Below, one piece after another: positions 1 to 10,169 of a stretch of DNA of 64,000 nt; position 1 is the stretch's first letter; every line of letters starts with the position of its first letter. The notes below the pieces were generated by a model that made no database searches, was not told where the DNA came from, and saw nothing but the letters and a program-made list of their open reading frames with translations. Location: NCBI GenBank assembly GCA_026421205.1, contig JAPKBM010000001.1, positions 72,272-136,271 on the forward strand, given 5' to 3'. This stretch comes from Planctomycetota bacterium (GTDB lineage Bacteria; Planctomycetota; UBA1135). The position numbers and the translations under genes are program-made.

Positions 1-777
1 AAAATTAAAGCCAAATACCGCGTCATGGTCTTGAATAAGACCGCCTCCAGAAGAACGAATCAAAGTCGGTAAAATAAATTCGTCCGTTTCCCCGCGGTCG
101 GCTGCTTCTTGAATGGCGCCTTGTGGGCTTGCCGATGTCCTCCCTTGGCCATGAACTACCGCATTCCAAAACAAAGCCGATCGATCCCAGCGTTGATCTC
201 TGTCCATGGCGTAATAACGGCCCGAAATACTGGCGACCCGGCCACCGTACTGAGCCAGCATGGCTTCTAACTTCGCCACAAAACCGGGTGATGATTGAGG
301 GGGCGTATCCCTGCCATCCAAAATAGCATGCACCAAGATTTGCTCCGACGACAATTCCATAGACTGTGCCAAGGACAGGATGGCTCGATAGTGGTCCTGG
401 CTTGCGTGTACGCCTCCCGACCCAATCAATCCGTACAAGTGCAAGCGGCTTCCCTCTTTTTTCGCATGCGAAATGGCACCACGTAAAGCGGAATTCCGCT
501 CAAAATCCCCCACACCAATGGCGTGATTGATTCTAGAAATCGTCTGCCGCACCACACGACCGGCCCCAATATTCGTATGGCCGACTTCACTATTCCCCAT
601 CAATCCTAAAGGGAGACCAACCTCTTTACCGGAGGCGCTCAATAATGACCGGGGGGCGGTTTCCCACCAGGACAAAAAATTCTCCGCCGGAGCACACGTA
701 ATAGCATTGAAATCAGTGGCATCGGCGTGGCCCCATCCATCAAGGACAAGAAGGACGAACGGTTTTCGCGCAGCCAT
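1..777 (-). CDS. gpmI: 2,3-bisphosphoglycerate-independent phosphoglycerate mutase (runs off the window start)
   Basis: Absent from the ORF track. Manual translation from ATG 777 gives MAARKPFVLLVLDGWG...VGLPLGLMGNSEVGHTNIGAGR...DAVFGFNF, the iPGM motifs LDGWG, GNSEVGH and FNF(R). Confidence 0.95.
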   Translation of the reverse strand, partial: MAARKPFVLLVLDGWGHADATDFNAITCAPAENFLSWWETAPRSLLSASGKEVGLPLGLMGNSEVGHTNIGAGRVVRQTISRINHAIGVGDFERNSALRGAISHAKKEGSRLHLYGLIGSGGVHASQDHYRAILSLAQSMELSSEQILVHAILDGRDTPPQSSPGFVAKLEAMLAQYGGRVASISGRYYAMDRDQRWDRSALFWNAVVHGQGRTSASPQGAIQEAADRGETDEFILPTLIRSSGGGLIQDHDAVFGFNF

Positions 778-819
778 GACGCACTACCATAGGACGTCCT
801 GCGCCCCCTCTCCACACCC

Positions 820-1605
820 ATGAAAAAGACCCTCTTCATTTTCACCCTTCTGCTTGCCTCCTGCCAAACCGTCGAAGGCACCGGCCGGTCCCAGCTGAAC
901 TTCATGTCCATGAAGAGTGAAATGCGCATGGGCCTGCAAGCCTACCGAGAAGCCTTGAAAAACGCTGAGGTGGATGCGGAAAGCGAAGATGCCAAAATGG
1001 TCCAGCGGGTTGGCGCGCGGGTCGCCGACGCAGCACGAAGGCTTTACCCTAAAATGGCGGAGAAATTTCGGTGGGAATTCACGCTCATTCAGGACGACGA
1101 CATGGTGAACGCATGGGCCCTTCCTGGCGGAAAGTGCGCCGTCTACGCCGGACTTCTTCCAATCACACAAAATGAAGAAGGTTTGGCCGTGGTTTTGGGT
1201 CATGAAGTGGCCCACGCCATTGCTCGGCATGGCGGAGAGCGGATGAGTCAAAGCATTGCATTGATGGGCGCACTCATCACAACGGACGTTTTGTGGGACG
1301 CCAATGACGAAGACAAAAAGCAAAACACCATGGCCCTCTTGGGCATTGGGGGCGCCGTCGGAACGCTGGCCTTTTCTCGTTCCCACGAATCAGAGGCCGA
1401 TGAACTTGGTCTCTACCTTTCCGCCACAGCAGGGTATGACCCGCGTGCCTCCATCGGACTTTGGGAGCGCATGGCAGAAAATAGCTCTGGCCGACCGCCA
1501 GAGTTCTTGTCCACGCACCCCAGTGAACGCACGCGGATCAAACGGCTCAAGAAACTGATGCCCAAAGCTTTGGCCATGTACGAGACCAATCAAGAATGGT
1601 ATTAA
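820..1605 (+). CDS. M48 family Zn metallopeptidase, lipoprotein
   Basis: Lipobox LLASC; NAWALPGG, HEVAH, FSRSHESEAD, FLSTHP. Confidence 0.93.
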   Translation: MKKTLFIFTLLLASCQTVEGTGRSQLNFMSMKSEMRMGLQAYREALKNAEVDAESEDAKMVQRVGARVADAARRLYPKMAEKFRWEFTLIQDDDMVNAWALPGGKCAVYAGLLPITQNEEGLAVVLGHEVAHAIARHGGERMSQSIALMGALITTDVLWDANDEDKKQNTMALLGIGGAVGTLAFSRSHESEADELGLYLSATAGYDPRASIGLWERMAENSSGRPPEFLSTHPSERTRIKRLKKLMPKALAMYETNQEWY

Positions 1606-3260
1606 GTCTTCTTGCCCTGGCCTTTGCTACGCTTTCTTTCGCCCAAGAAGCGCCCGCCCCCTTCCAGCCCGACGCCCTTCGGTTGGACTTGGAATATCTT
1701 TCCTGCGATGCCTTCCAAGGAAGAAAAAGTGGGGAGTTCGGCGGAAAAGCAGCGGGCCGATGGCTTCAAACGCGCTTTCAAGCACTTGGTTTACAGCCTG
1801 TCGGAGATTCTTGGTTGCACCCCTTTGCCTCCTCCCCTCTTTTTATTTCCAGCCAAACGTTCTTGTCCATAGGTGAAAAAACTTTTTCCGCGGGAAAAGA
1901 TTTTCTTCCTCACCCATCTTCTCCCGAAGGACTCGCCACAGGAGAACTGGTCTTTGCGGGCTACGCTCTTCAAAGCGACCACCCCGCGTGGGATGACTTC
2001 GCGGGCATTTCCCTGGAAGGAAAAATTGCCCTCATTCTCCGATGGGAACCGCAAGCGGAACAACCAGACAGCCTCTTCCTTGGAAAGGAGCTTCTCCCGG
2101 CATCTCGCTTAGCCGCCAAAGTTTGGGCCTGTGAACAACGCGGCGCCATCGGCGTCTTGGTAGCTGATGCACCTGGACCTTCAGCAGGCACTTCCGCAGC
2201 CGGCGCACCTTTTTGGCCAGCACACTCTGAAATATTTCAGCGTGTCCTTCCGGGCTTGGGCCAAATGATGCCCCCCGAAGAACTTGCTGCTACCAATTTC
2301 AATACCACCGATGTCGCCAATCAACTCTTCGGCATGATGCAAGGAGCGGGTCCTTTGGGTAGTTCTATTCCCGTTGCCTATCTTTCTCCGCGCATGGCTC
2401 GCGCGCTGTTCAATAAAGCGGCGAACAATCTCACAGCTTGGGTGAAACAAACCAATCAAACTCTTCAGCCCGATTCATTTCCAATTCCAGTCTCCATTCA
2501 TCTGCAAGTTGACTTTGACCCTCCATCCCGGGAAGGCAGAAACTTGGTTGCCGCCCTCCCAGGGACCGCAGGAGAAACTCAAAATGAAGTCGTTTTGATC
2601 ACCGCCCACTATGACCACGTCGGGATGGGCAAGTCGGGGGAAGTATGGAACGGTGCTGACGACAATGGGTCCGGCGCAACCGCACTTCTTGCTTTGGCCA
2701 AATACTTTGTCCATCACCCGCAACCGCGAACTCTTGTTTTCTGCGCTTTTGACGGGGAAGAACTTGGCCTTCTAGGCGCAAACCGATTTCTTGGACAGGG
2801 CTTAGTTTCGGCAAAAAACATTCACGCTATGCTCAATATTGACATGATTGGTCGCGCAAAAGACCATACGGTTTCCGTTGTTGGAACGAAGTCGGCCGAT
2901 GGACTTCGAGAGCTCGCTGAGCAAGCAAAGGGTGATCTTCCATTAACCTTGGATTTCAATGCGGAAGAATTTTTTGATCGCAGCGATCAAGCGCCCTTTT
3001 ATTTTGAAGGCATTCCCATTCTTTTTTTAAACACCGCGGAACATGAAGACTACCACACCCCCAACGATGATGCTGACCGGGTTCTCTATGAAGACATGAG
3101 CTTGATTTGCCAGTTGGCTGCGCGCATGACCGTCGGCTTAGCGCATCAAGACGCGCTTATTTTCCAAGATGGCTACAACCGACGACGCTCTGGCTACGGC
3201 ATGCCGCCCAATTCTATGGTTCCTTGGCCTATCCCTTTCCACCAACGTATGGAATACTAA
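1596..3260 (+). CDS. M28 family peptidase with PA domain, secreted
   Basis: Signal peptide; AHYDH, NGADDNGSG, GEELGLLG, NIDMIG, RSDQ, DYH. Confidence 0.9.
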   Translation: MVLSLLALAFATLSFAQEAPAPFQPDALRLDLEYLSCDAFQGRKSGEFGGKAAGRWLQTRFQALGLQPVGDSWLHPFASSPLFISSQTFLSIGEKTFSAGKDFLPHPSSPEGLATGELVFAGYALQSDHPAWDDFAGISLEGKIALILRWEPQAEQPDSLFLGKELLPASRLAAKVWACEQRGAIGVLVADAPGPSAGTSAAGAPFWPAHSEIFQRVLPGLGQMMPPEELAATNFNTTDVANQLFGMMQGAGPLGSSIPVAYLSPRMARALFNKAANNLTAWVKQTNQTLQPDSFPIPVSIHLQVDFDPPSREGRNLVAALPGTAGETQNEVVLITAHYDHVGMGKSGEVWNGADDNGSGATALLALAKYFVHHPQPRTLVFCAFDGEELGLLGANRFLGQGLVSAKNIHAMLNIDMIGRAKDHTVSVVGTKSADGLRELAEQAKGDLPLTLDFNAEEFFDRSDQAPFYFEGIPILFLNTAEHEDYHTPNDDADRVLYEDMSLICQLAARMTVGLAHQDALIFQDGYNRRRSGYGMPPNSMVPWPIPFHQRMEY

Positions 3261-3265
3261 GCACT

Positions 3266-4147
3266 ATGAAATCCATCATCGGCGTTGACATCGGAGGGAC
3301 GGCCATCAAGGCAGGCCTCCTTTCTGAGCATGGTCTTCAGAAAAAACTTTCTGCGCCAAGCCCAAAATCAGCGGAAGACTTAGTGCGGGTCGTTATCCAA
3401 TTAACGCAGGAACTCCTCCCCGACCGCACTCCTTCTTGTTGCGGGGTTGCTGTTGCCGGGCTTTTATCGCCCGATGAGAAAGAGGTCCTTAATTCCCCCA
3501 ACCTTCGCTGGATCGAAAAATTTCCGCTGCAAGCCGCGCTCGCCGACGCCCTTGCTTGCCCTGTTTTTCTTGTCAATGACGCCACGGCAGCCGCACAAGG
3601 GGAAATTCGTTTTGGCATCGGAACCACCCATCCCAGTTTCCTTCTTGCCACACTGGGTACGGGCGTTGGCGGTGGCGTCGTTCTTGACGGAAAACTGTGG
3701 ACCGGGTCCGGAGGCTTAGCCGGAGAATTTGGACACATGAAAGTCGGCCATGAAGCCCGATGCACCTGTGGAACCATAGGTTGTCTTGAAGCTGTTGCAT
3801 CGGCGTCGGCCATGCAACGCCACGCTAAACAGGAAAATATTCCCGGTTCTCTCGCAGAGATTGCCGACACGGCGCGCCATGGAGACTCCAAAGCTAAATC
3901 TGTTTTCGAGCAAGCCGGGTCATACTTGGGCCAGGCCTTCGGCCAAGTTGCTCTCCTGATGGATCTTCGAGTTTTAGTTTTAGGCGGTGGGGCAGGCCCC
4001 TGTGCAGACTTACTCAGAGATGCGGCGTTGACCACCACCGCGAAGCAAGCATTTGGAAGAACCGTAGAAGACTTTTCCGTACTCGCTTCGCCCTTAGGAA
4101 ATGATGCGGGGGTCCTTGGCGCAGGTATATTCGCCTCAGAAACTTAA
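3266..4147 (+). CDS. ROK family sugar kinase (glucokinase-like)
   Basis: GVDIGGT, NDA, GTGVGGG, GEFGH, CTCGxxGCLE; start moved to ATG 3266. Confidence 0.9.
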   Translation: MKSIIGVDIGGTAIKAGLLSEHGLQKKLSAPSPKSAEDLVRVVIQLTQELLPDRTPSCCGVAVAGLLSPDEKEVLNSPNLRWIEKFPLQAALADALACPVFLVNDATAAAQGEIRFGIGTTHPSFLLATLGTGVGGGVVLDGKLWTGSGGLAGEFGHMKVGHEARCTCGTIGCLEAVASASAMQRHAKQENIPGSLAEIADTARHGDSKAKSVFEQAGSYLGQAFGQVALLMDLRVLVLGGGAGPCADLLRDAALTTTAKQAFGRTVEDFSVLASPLGNDAGVLGAGIFASET

Positions 4148-5424
4148 TCGTTCTCACTCAATAGAAACGGGCGAAGGTGGGCGAGAGCCAACAATACCTC
4201 CTTCCAAGCATTTAATTGTGCAATCTCCCCATTCACCCAATCCGTGCGATACCGGAGGACCTCAGTAAGGGAATACTCACCAGCCTGATACTGCAACTCC
4301 GCGATATGAGTTTTCCTGCTTAAGGCAGGGATTACTTCTTCTTGAATTTTTTTCCACTGCTCTGAAGCAAGGGTGTAGTCCGTGTATCGCCGACGAAGCG
4401 CCATCCGCGTTTCCTGCAATTGCCACTGAACCTTTTGCATGGCCGCCGATGCCTCTGCGCTTTGCGCACGACTTTGCGCGGCGGCTTGACCGTTCCAGGG
4501 AAGCTCAAAAAAAACTCCTGCGTCCAAGGCATGATGACCGGTATCCGTCTTTCGATAGAATAGTTCAAGGTGAACCGCAGGAATCATCCGCGCTTCCGCG
4601 AGGTCGGCCTGAATCTTTGCTACTTGTGCTGAGGAAAACGCTTCGGCCAGCACGGGCACCTGTTCCAGGCCACGAAGCAGAATTTCTAATTTTGGAAAAT
4701 CAACAACTTCCTCAACATCCCCTCGAAGGACGAAGGACGAAGTGGAGATATTCAAAAAAAGTGCGAGGTCACCTAGCGCAATCTGATGGCGTCGGCGAGT
4801 TTCATCAAGAATGGATGCTTGCCGGAACTGCTCCATCTTCGCATCCTCCCACGCCCCACCGATTTCCTCCCCAGATTCCACAAGAGCCTCCTGCAGCTCG
4901 CTTTGTTTTTTTGCAATTTCAACTCGATGTTCTTGGAGCACAACTACTTCCTGAAAAACCAACGCCGACGCAAACAAACCGCGAACCCTCGAATCCAACT
5001 CTAGCGTCAAAAAGGCTTGGCGATGCTGAAGAGAGCGAAGCTTCTCCTCTTCCAGGCGCTCCGTTTTTGACAGCACTCCGCCCAGAGGTATGGCTTGACG
5101 AACACCCAAAAGAACCTCTTCCTTTCCACCACTAGTCCCCAAGGGTAGACCCTCTGCCTTCCATCCGATTTCTGGATTCTTCCATCTTCCAGCCACGGAA
5201 AGACGCTCAATCTGTGCCTGCTTCTGATAAGCCATGGCCCGCAATGCGGGAGAGTTTTCCCGCGCTTTATGCAAGGCGTCAGCCAAAGACAAGGAACTTT
5301 GAAGCATCGGCCTCTCTGTTTCTTGATTGGAACTCCCCGAAAAGGAAGGGCGAAATTCCGCCGTCTCTTTCTCGGCGGATGCGCAAGCCAGGGCAATCAA
5401 AGGGAAGAGAAAAAGAACACGCAT
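4144..5424 (-). CDS. TolC/CzcC-type outer membrane efflux protein
   Basis: Lipobox IALAC, helical OEP pattern, YQAGEYSLTEVL; start 5424 overlaps the RND stop (TAATG). Confidence 0.85.
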   Translation of the reverse strand: MRVLFLFPLIALACASAEKETAEFRPSFSGSSNQETERPMLQSSLSLADALHKARENSPALRAMAYQKQAQIERLSVAGRWKNPEIGWKAEGLPLGTSGGKEEVLLGVRQAIPLGGVLSKTERLEEEKLRSLQHRQAFLTLELDSRVRGLFASALVFQEVVVLQEHRVEIAKKQSELQEALVESGEEIGGAWEDAKMEQFRQASILDETRRRHQIALGDLALFLNISTSSFVLRGDVEEVVDFPKLEILLRGLEQVPVLAEAFSSAQVAKIQADLAEARMIPAVHLELFYRKTDTGHHALDAGVFFELPWNGQAAAQSRAQSAEASAAMQKVQWQLQETRMALRRRYTDYTLASEQWKKIQEEVIPALSRKTHIAELQYQAGEYSLTEVLRYRTDWVNGEIAQLNAWKEVLLALAHLRPFLLSEND

Positions 5425-8400
5425 TAGGTAACCTCCAACTTTACGGGCCGGCCAAAACGTAAGTAAAGCGCTGGCACAACCATCATGTTGAGGAATGTCG
5501 AACTGATGAGACCAAACAAAATAACCCAAGCCATGGGTGTTTGGATTTCACTTCCCGGCTCTCCTCCAGCCATCGCCAAAGGAACCAAAGCCAAGCCAGA
5601 GGCAAATGCGGTCATTAAAATAGGAACGAGGCGTTCTGTGGAGCCACGGAAAACTGCTTCGTGAAGATCCCGAACCCCTTCATGGAGTTGCAGGTGGCGA
5701 ATATGGGAAACCAACATAATTCCATTCCTTGTGGCAATGCCGAACACCGCAATAAACCCAATGAGAGAGCCGACAGACAGGATTCCGTCGGCTAGCCAAA
5801 CCCCTGCAACACCGCCAATTAAAGCAAGCGGCAAGTTTGCCATGACAAAAAGCGCGTCACGGCCCGTCCCAAAGGCCATGCGTAATAAAAAGCCAATGCC
5901 TAAAATAATCGCCAGGCTTAAAAGAAGGATTCGTTTTTGCGCGGCCTCGGCGCTTTCAAACTGCCCACCGAACTCAACTCGATAGCCCGCTTCCCCGTCA
6001 AATTGTGGCTGAACGGCGCGACGAATGTCTTCCACCACAGCGATCAAATCTCGTCCAGAAACATTGCAAGACACCACCATTTTCCTTTGTAAATTCTCAT
6101 GAGTGATTTTGTTCGGTGTTGCGCTTCGAATGATTTTTGCCACCGCACCCAAAGGCACTACCGTGTCTCGCCCTCCAAGAACAGGGACACGGGAAATTGC
6201 AGAATGTGGCGGGCCCTCCATTTGCATGCGCAAAGTAACGTCAAAGGGAAAACTCCCCTCTAAAAGCTCTGTGGCCTTGTACCCCTGAACGGCTGCCTCC
6301 AATGTCGCGGAAGCCTCATGAGGAGAAACCCCCATGCGGCCCATTGCGGCACGATCAAACTCTATTTGCAACGAAGGAACGGCCGACTGCTGATCCATTG
6401 CCAGGTCCACCACGCCAGGAATAGGCTGCATCACCTCCATTGCCGCCTGAGCCCTCTCGCGCAGTTGCTGCAAATCTGATCCAAATATTTTCACGGCAAT
6501 CGCGGCGCGTGTTCCAGAAAGCATGTCATCAATGCGGTGTGAAATGGGTTGGCCAATCGTAAAAACCATGCCAGGAACCATTTTCAACTTTTTCCGTAAT
6601 TCTGCAAGAAAGTCTTCGCGAGAACGATCTTGCATAGAAAGCCGGACCTCCAATTCAGTCACCTCTACCCCTTGGGCATGCTCGTCCAGTTCGGCTCTTC
6701 CCGTGCGCCGGGCAACGGAAACCACTTCGGGGAATGCAAGAAGAGTTTGGTCCACAAGGCCTCCGAGTTGATTACTTTGTTCTAATGAAGTCCCAGGAAG
6801 GGTCACCGCGGCGATGGTCAATGCCCCCTCTTGAAATTCCGGAAGAAAAGATCGGCCCAACGGAATCAGTGCGAACACTGCAAGAGAAAAACAAGCCAAA
6901 GTAGGGCCGAAGGAAGTCCAGGGTCGCTGAAGGACAGGGAGAAGTAGTTTCTTGTAGGTGTTTTTCAGCGCAGAAATATGCCTTGCCTCCTTGGGCGCCT
7001 TAGAATGCGGAATGAGCAAAGAGCACAATACCGGGGTAACGGAAACCGCCACAAGCAAGGATGCCGACAAGGCAGAAACGTAGGCTAAACCGAGTGGCTG
7101 AAGAAGGCGGCCTTCCACGCCCGACAAGAAAAAGAGCGGAAGGAAAACCAGAATGATAATGAGCGTGGCGAAGACAATAGATGATCGGATTTCCAAACTT
7201 GCATCACAAACGACTCGCAGGGAACCTCGCTGTTGTTCCTTGGGCAAAGTAGAATTTTCGCGAAGTCGGCGAAATACATTTTCAACATCAATCACCGCGT
7301 CGTCTACCAGCGCACCAATAGCAATGGCCATTCCGCCCAGAGTCATCGTATTGATTGTTCCGCCCAGAGCATCTAACACAAGGACGGCGCCCAACAAAGA
7401 AAGAGGAATGGCCGTCAATGTGATGAACGTTGCCCTTAGGTTAAGCAAAAATAAAGCCACAATGAAGGCCACAAGCCATGCGCCATCACGCAGTACCCTG
7501 AGCATATTCTCCAGAGCGGTTTCAATGAAGTCAGCCTGACGAAACAGGTCTCGATGCAAGGTCACTTGCGGGGGTAGCTGCGTTTGGATCTCATCCAAGA
7601 TCTCATCCAGCCTCCGAGTTAAATCCAAAGTATTCACGCCCGGTTGTTTTTGAATGCTAATCACCACCGCGGACTCTCCTTGCACTGCCGCCATCCCCCT
7701 TGCAGGTCGTTCGCCGACTCTTACCTGTCCAAGGTCACGAACTTGAACCGGTACCCCATCACGACTTTCCAAAGTCAGCATGGCGATGTCCTCCGTATTT
7801 CTAAACCGGCCAACTCCAGTGACTAAATATTCACTTCCTCCTTGTGCAATAAATCCAGCCGGAATATTGGCATTGGCTACTTGAAGCGCTTCCGCAACCT
7901 GAGTAATCGTAATTCCATACGTTTCAAGACGTATAGGGTCAAGCCAAACTTGATATTGCCGTGCGCCCCCACCCATTGCGGTTACTTGGGACACACCGGG
8001 AACCGCTAGAATCCTTCGGCGCAAGACAGTGTCTGCAAACGTGCGGGTAGAAAGAAGATTTCCCGCCTCAGAGGTTAATCCGAGAAACAGAATTTCTCCC
8101 ATGATGGAAGAAATTGGGGCAAGAACAGGCTCTCCGGTTTGTTCTGGAAGGGCGTTTGCAACGAGGCGCAACTTCTCTGTAACGATTTGTCGTGCACGAA
8201 AAATATCAGTGCCCCATTCAAACTCTGCCTTCACAATAGAAATCCCCACGGCACTACTGGAGCGCACCCGGCGGATTCCAGATGCTCCATTCAGGCTAGA
8301 CTCAATGGGGAAAGTCACCAAGCTCTCCACTTCTGTCGAAGCCATGCCCGGTGTCTCCGTAATCACCGTCACAGTGGGCGCAGTTAAATCAGGGAAAACA

Positions 8401-8507
8401 TCCATGGGAGCCTGGAGTGCTGTTTGCCAGCCCCAAACAGAACAAGCCAAGGCGCAAACCAAAACTACCGCTCGGTTACGCAGTGACCAACGAATGAAAA
8501 AGTCCAT
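5424..8507 (-). CDS. CzcA/CusA family heavy-metal efflux RND permease
   Basis: DVFPD, VESLVTFPIE, GALVDDAVIDVEN, RLVPILMTA; 1027 aa. Confidence 0.95.
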   Translation of the reverse strand: MDFFIRWSLRNRAVVLVCALACSVWGWQTALQAPMDVFPDLTAPTVTVITETPGMASTEVESLVTFPIESSLNGASGIRRVRSSSAVGISIVKAEFEWGTDIFRARQIVTEKLRLVANALPEQTGEPVLAPISSIMGEILFLGLTSEAGNLLSTRTFADTVLRRRILAVPGVSQVTAMGGGARQYQVWLDPIRLETYGITITQVAEALQVANANIPAGFIAQGGSEYLVTGVGRFRNTEDIAMLTLESRDGVPVQVRDLGQVRVGERPARGMAAVQGESAVVISIQKQPGVNTLDLTRRLDEILDEIQTQLPPQVTLHRDLFRQADFIETALENMLRVLRDGAWLVAFIVALFLLNLRATFITLTAIPLSLLGAVLVLDALGGTINTMTLGGMAIAIGALVDDAVIDVENVFRRLRENSTLPKEQQRGSLRVVCDASLEIRSSIVFATLIIILVFLPLFFLSGVEGRLLQPLGLAYVSALSASLLVAVSVTPVLCSLLIPHSKAPKEARHISALKNTYKKLLLPVLQRPWTSFGPTLACFSLAVFALIPLGRSFLPEFQEGALTIAAVTLPGTSLEQSNQLGGLVDQTLLAFPEVVSVARRTGRAELDEHAQGVEVTELEVRLSMQDRSREDFLAELRKKLKMVPGMVFTIGQPISHRIDDMLSGTRAAIAVKIFGSDLQQLRERAQAAMEVMQPIPGVVDLAMDQQSAVPSLQIEFDRAAMGRMGVSPHEASATLEAAVQGYKATELLEGSFPFDVTLRMQMEGPPHSAISRVPVLGGRDTVVPLGAVAKIIRSATPNKITHENLQRKMVVSCNVSGRDLIAVVEDIRRAVQPQFDGEAGYRVEFGGQFESAEAAQKRILLLSLAIILGIGFLLRMAFGTGRDALFVMANLPLALIGGVAGVWLADGILSVGSLIGFIAVFGIATRNGIMLVSHIRHLQLHEGVRDLHEAVFRGSTERLVPILMTAFASGLALVPLAMAGGEPGSEIQTPMAWVILFGLISSTFLNMMVVPALYLRFGRPVKLEVT

Positions 8508-8516
8508 CTTTTTTCC

Positions 8517-10073
8517 CTAGTGAGAATGTTCCGGAATCGTTCCGGATAGAGAAACCAAATACACCACATAAGCACCATCAATAACCACGTGTTCCCCGGC
8601 CGATAAGCCCTCAAGAATCTCTGTCCGGTCTCCGTCGGGCACACCCATGCGCACCGGGCGACGTTCAAAGGATTCTCCGCCGGTCTGCACAAAGATGACC
8701 GAAATGCCAGCATCCTGCACGATTGCCGAAGAAGGAATAATTAAACCCTGGCGAGGAAAGTCAGTTGAGATTTGAGCGGGCAACGTCATGCCCGCACGCA
8801 ACCACCCTGGATTTGGTATTTCAAAAAGAACTTCGGCAGAGTGGGTCACCGGATGAACTTTTGGCGCCGAGAGCAACAACTCCCCTTCGGGACCCGGAAG
8901 AAAAAGTGCGGGTTCACCTGGAATGGGGTGAGAAATCTCCGCCTGCAAGGATTGTCCAAGCTGAGGAAGATCCGCCTCGGACACGCGAATCGAAACGTGA
9001 AGTTGACTCAGGTTTTGAAGGTAAAAAAGTGGCTCCCCAGACAGTGCCCACTCACCGCTCGCCGTTGGCGCTTGAATCACCTGCCCTGTAATTGGCGCAA
9101 GTAACAAAATTTCCATGGAAGAGCCGGGGGTCGCTTGTGTCCAGGCAGAAAAAATCTCCCCCGCGGCGTCATGAGCAACTTCGGCCCGGCGCAAGGCATA
9201 CTCTGCTTCTTCCAAGTCCTTTGCTGACTTCGCCTCTTGGGCGTACAAAGACTCAACACGCGCGAATGCCGCAGTCATCTGCGTTCGTTCCGCTTGGGCG
9301 CGTTTCACCTCTTGTTTCGCCGACGCCACCGAAGCCTTGTACTCAATGGCGCTCGCGCCGACCAAAGGGATTTTCAAGGTAGCCAAAATGTCTCCGGCCT
9401 TTACCTGCTGCCCAAGAACCGTTCGTGGAAGCGAGGGGGGGGGTAGCAATATCCCCGAAACAGGCGCGGGGACTTTTGCCGTGTGAGTGCGGCATGTCGT
9501 AACGCGTGCCGTTGCTGGAATGCGCTGAGAATATTCTTGGGTTCTTGCCGTCTCTACTCTTAAACGCACTGGCCATTGCTGTTCCTTCAACATGGTGATG
9601 CCTTTCCCTCCCCCTTCCGCCTCACCTAAGGATGCCCGCAAATCAGATTCATTAAAGAAAATGGAAATGGCCTCTAAAGGAGAGGAATCGCCCTGATAGG
9701 ACGCGGTCCAAGACCAAGAACCTTCCGACGGAAATTCAACGTGCGCCAAATAGATTCCCGACCGACTGGGGGAAGGTACCTCCACATTCAATATTTGATC
9801 CGCGTTTTGGAAGCGCAATTGCAACGCCCCCTCTGTGATTGGGGAGCCGTCGGCAAGGCGAGTGACATGCAACGCAAACGAGGTGGGCCGCCCCACGACC
9901 CCACCCTCATTCTCAAAAAAGAACTCGTGGTGTTGGGTCCAGATGGTTTGCGCACGCGTGGGCCATTCTGCAGATTCTGGTTTTTCCGCAGGAGTATGAC
10001 TATGGGAGTGATTGCCGCAGCCCCAAAGGAACGCGGGAACAAGAAGAAAGAGAATGAAGCGAAGAACGGACAT
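8517..10073 (-). CDS. RND efflux periplasmic adaptor (CzcB-like lipoprotein)
   Basis: Lipobox LWGC followed by NHSHSH; APITG, LRAGM, GLSAGEHVVIDGA; C-terminal EHSH. Confidence 0.9.
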   Translation of the reverse strand: MSVLRFILFLLVPAFLWGCGNHSHSHTPAEKPESAEWPTRAQTIWTQHHEFFFENEGGVVGRPTSFALHVTRLADGSPITEGALQLRFQNADQILNVEVPSPSRSGIYLAHVEFPSEGSWSWTASYQGDSSPLEAISIFFNESDLRASLGEAEGGGKGITMLKEQQWPVRLRVETARTQEYSQRIPATARVTTCRTHTAKVPAPVSGILLPPPSLPRTVLGQQVKAGDILATLKIPLVGASAIEYKASVASAKQEVKRAQAERTQMTAAFARVESLYAQEAKSAKDLEEAEYALRRAEVAHDAAGEIFSAWTQATPGSSMEILLLAPITGQVIQAPTASGEWALSGEPLFYLQNLSQLHVSIRVSEADLPQLGQSLQAEISHPIPGEPALFLPGPEGELLLSAPKVHPVTHSAEVLFEIPNPGWLRAGMTLPAQISTDFPRQGLIIPSSAIVQDAGISVIFVQTGGESFERRPVRMGVPDGDRTEILEGLSAGEHVVIDGAYVVYLVSLSGTIPEHSH

Positions 10074-10141
10074 GGGATCTTAGGTGACTTGTTTTGACGA
10101 ATCTTCGCACAAACTTTGGCTTGCGAAAGCTGCGTCGGAAA

Positions 10142-10159
10142 CCGCGCCCGAAGGCACGG
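10142..10159 (-). promoter_or_regulatory. UUCG-tetraloop hairpin between the leader ORF and the efflux operon
   Basis: Minus strand CCGTGCC-TTCG-GGCGCGG (one G-U pair), 10 nt after the leader stop, followed by TTT. Confidence 0.5.
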
Positions 10160-10169
10160 ATGGGGAAAG

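Noticed and set aside
123-823. Short + strand ORFs (123-326, 295-486, 527-823)
   Set aside because: They are antisense to gpmI, which the ORF track missed because it runs off the window edge
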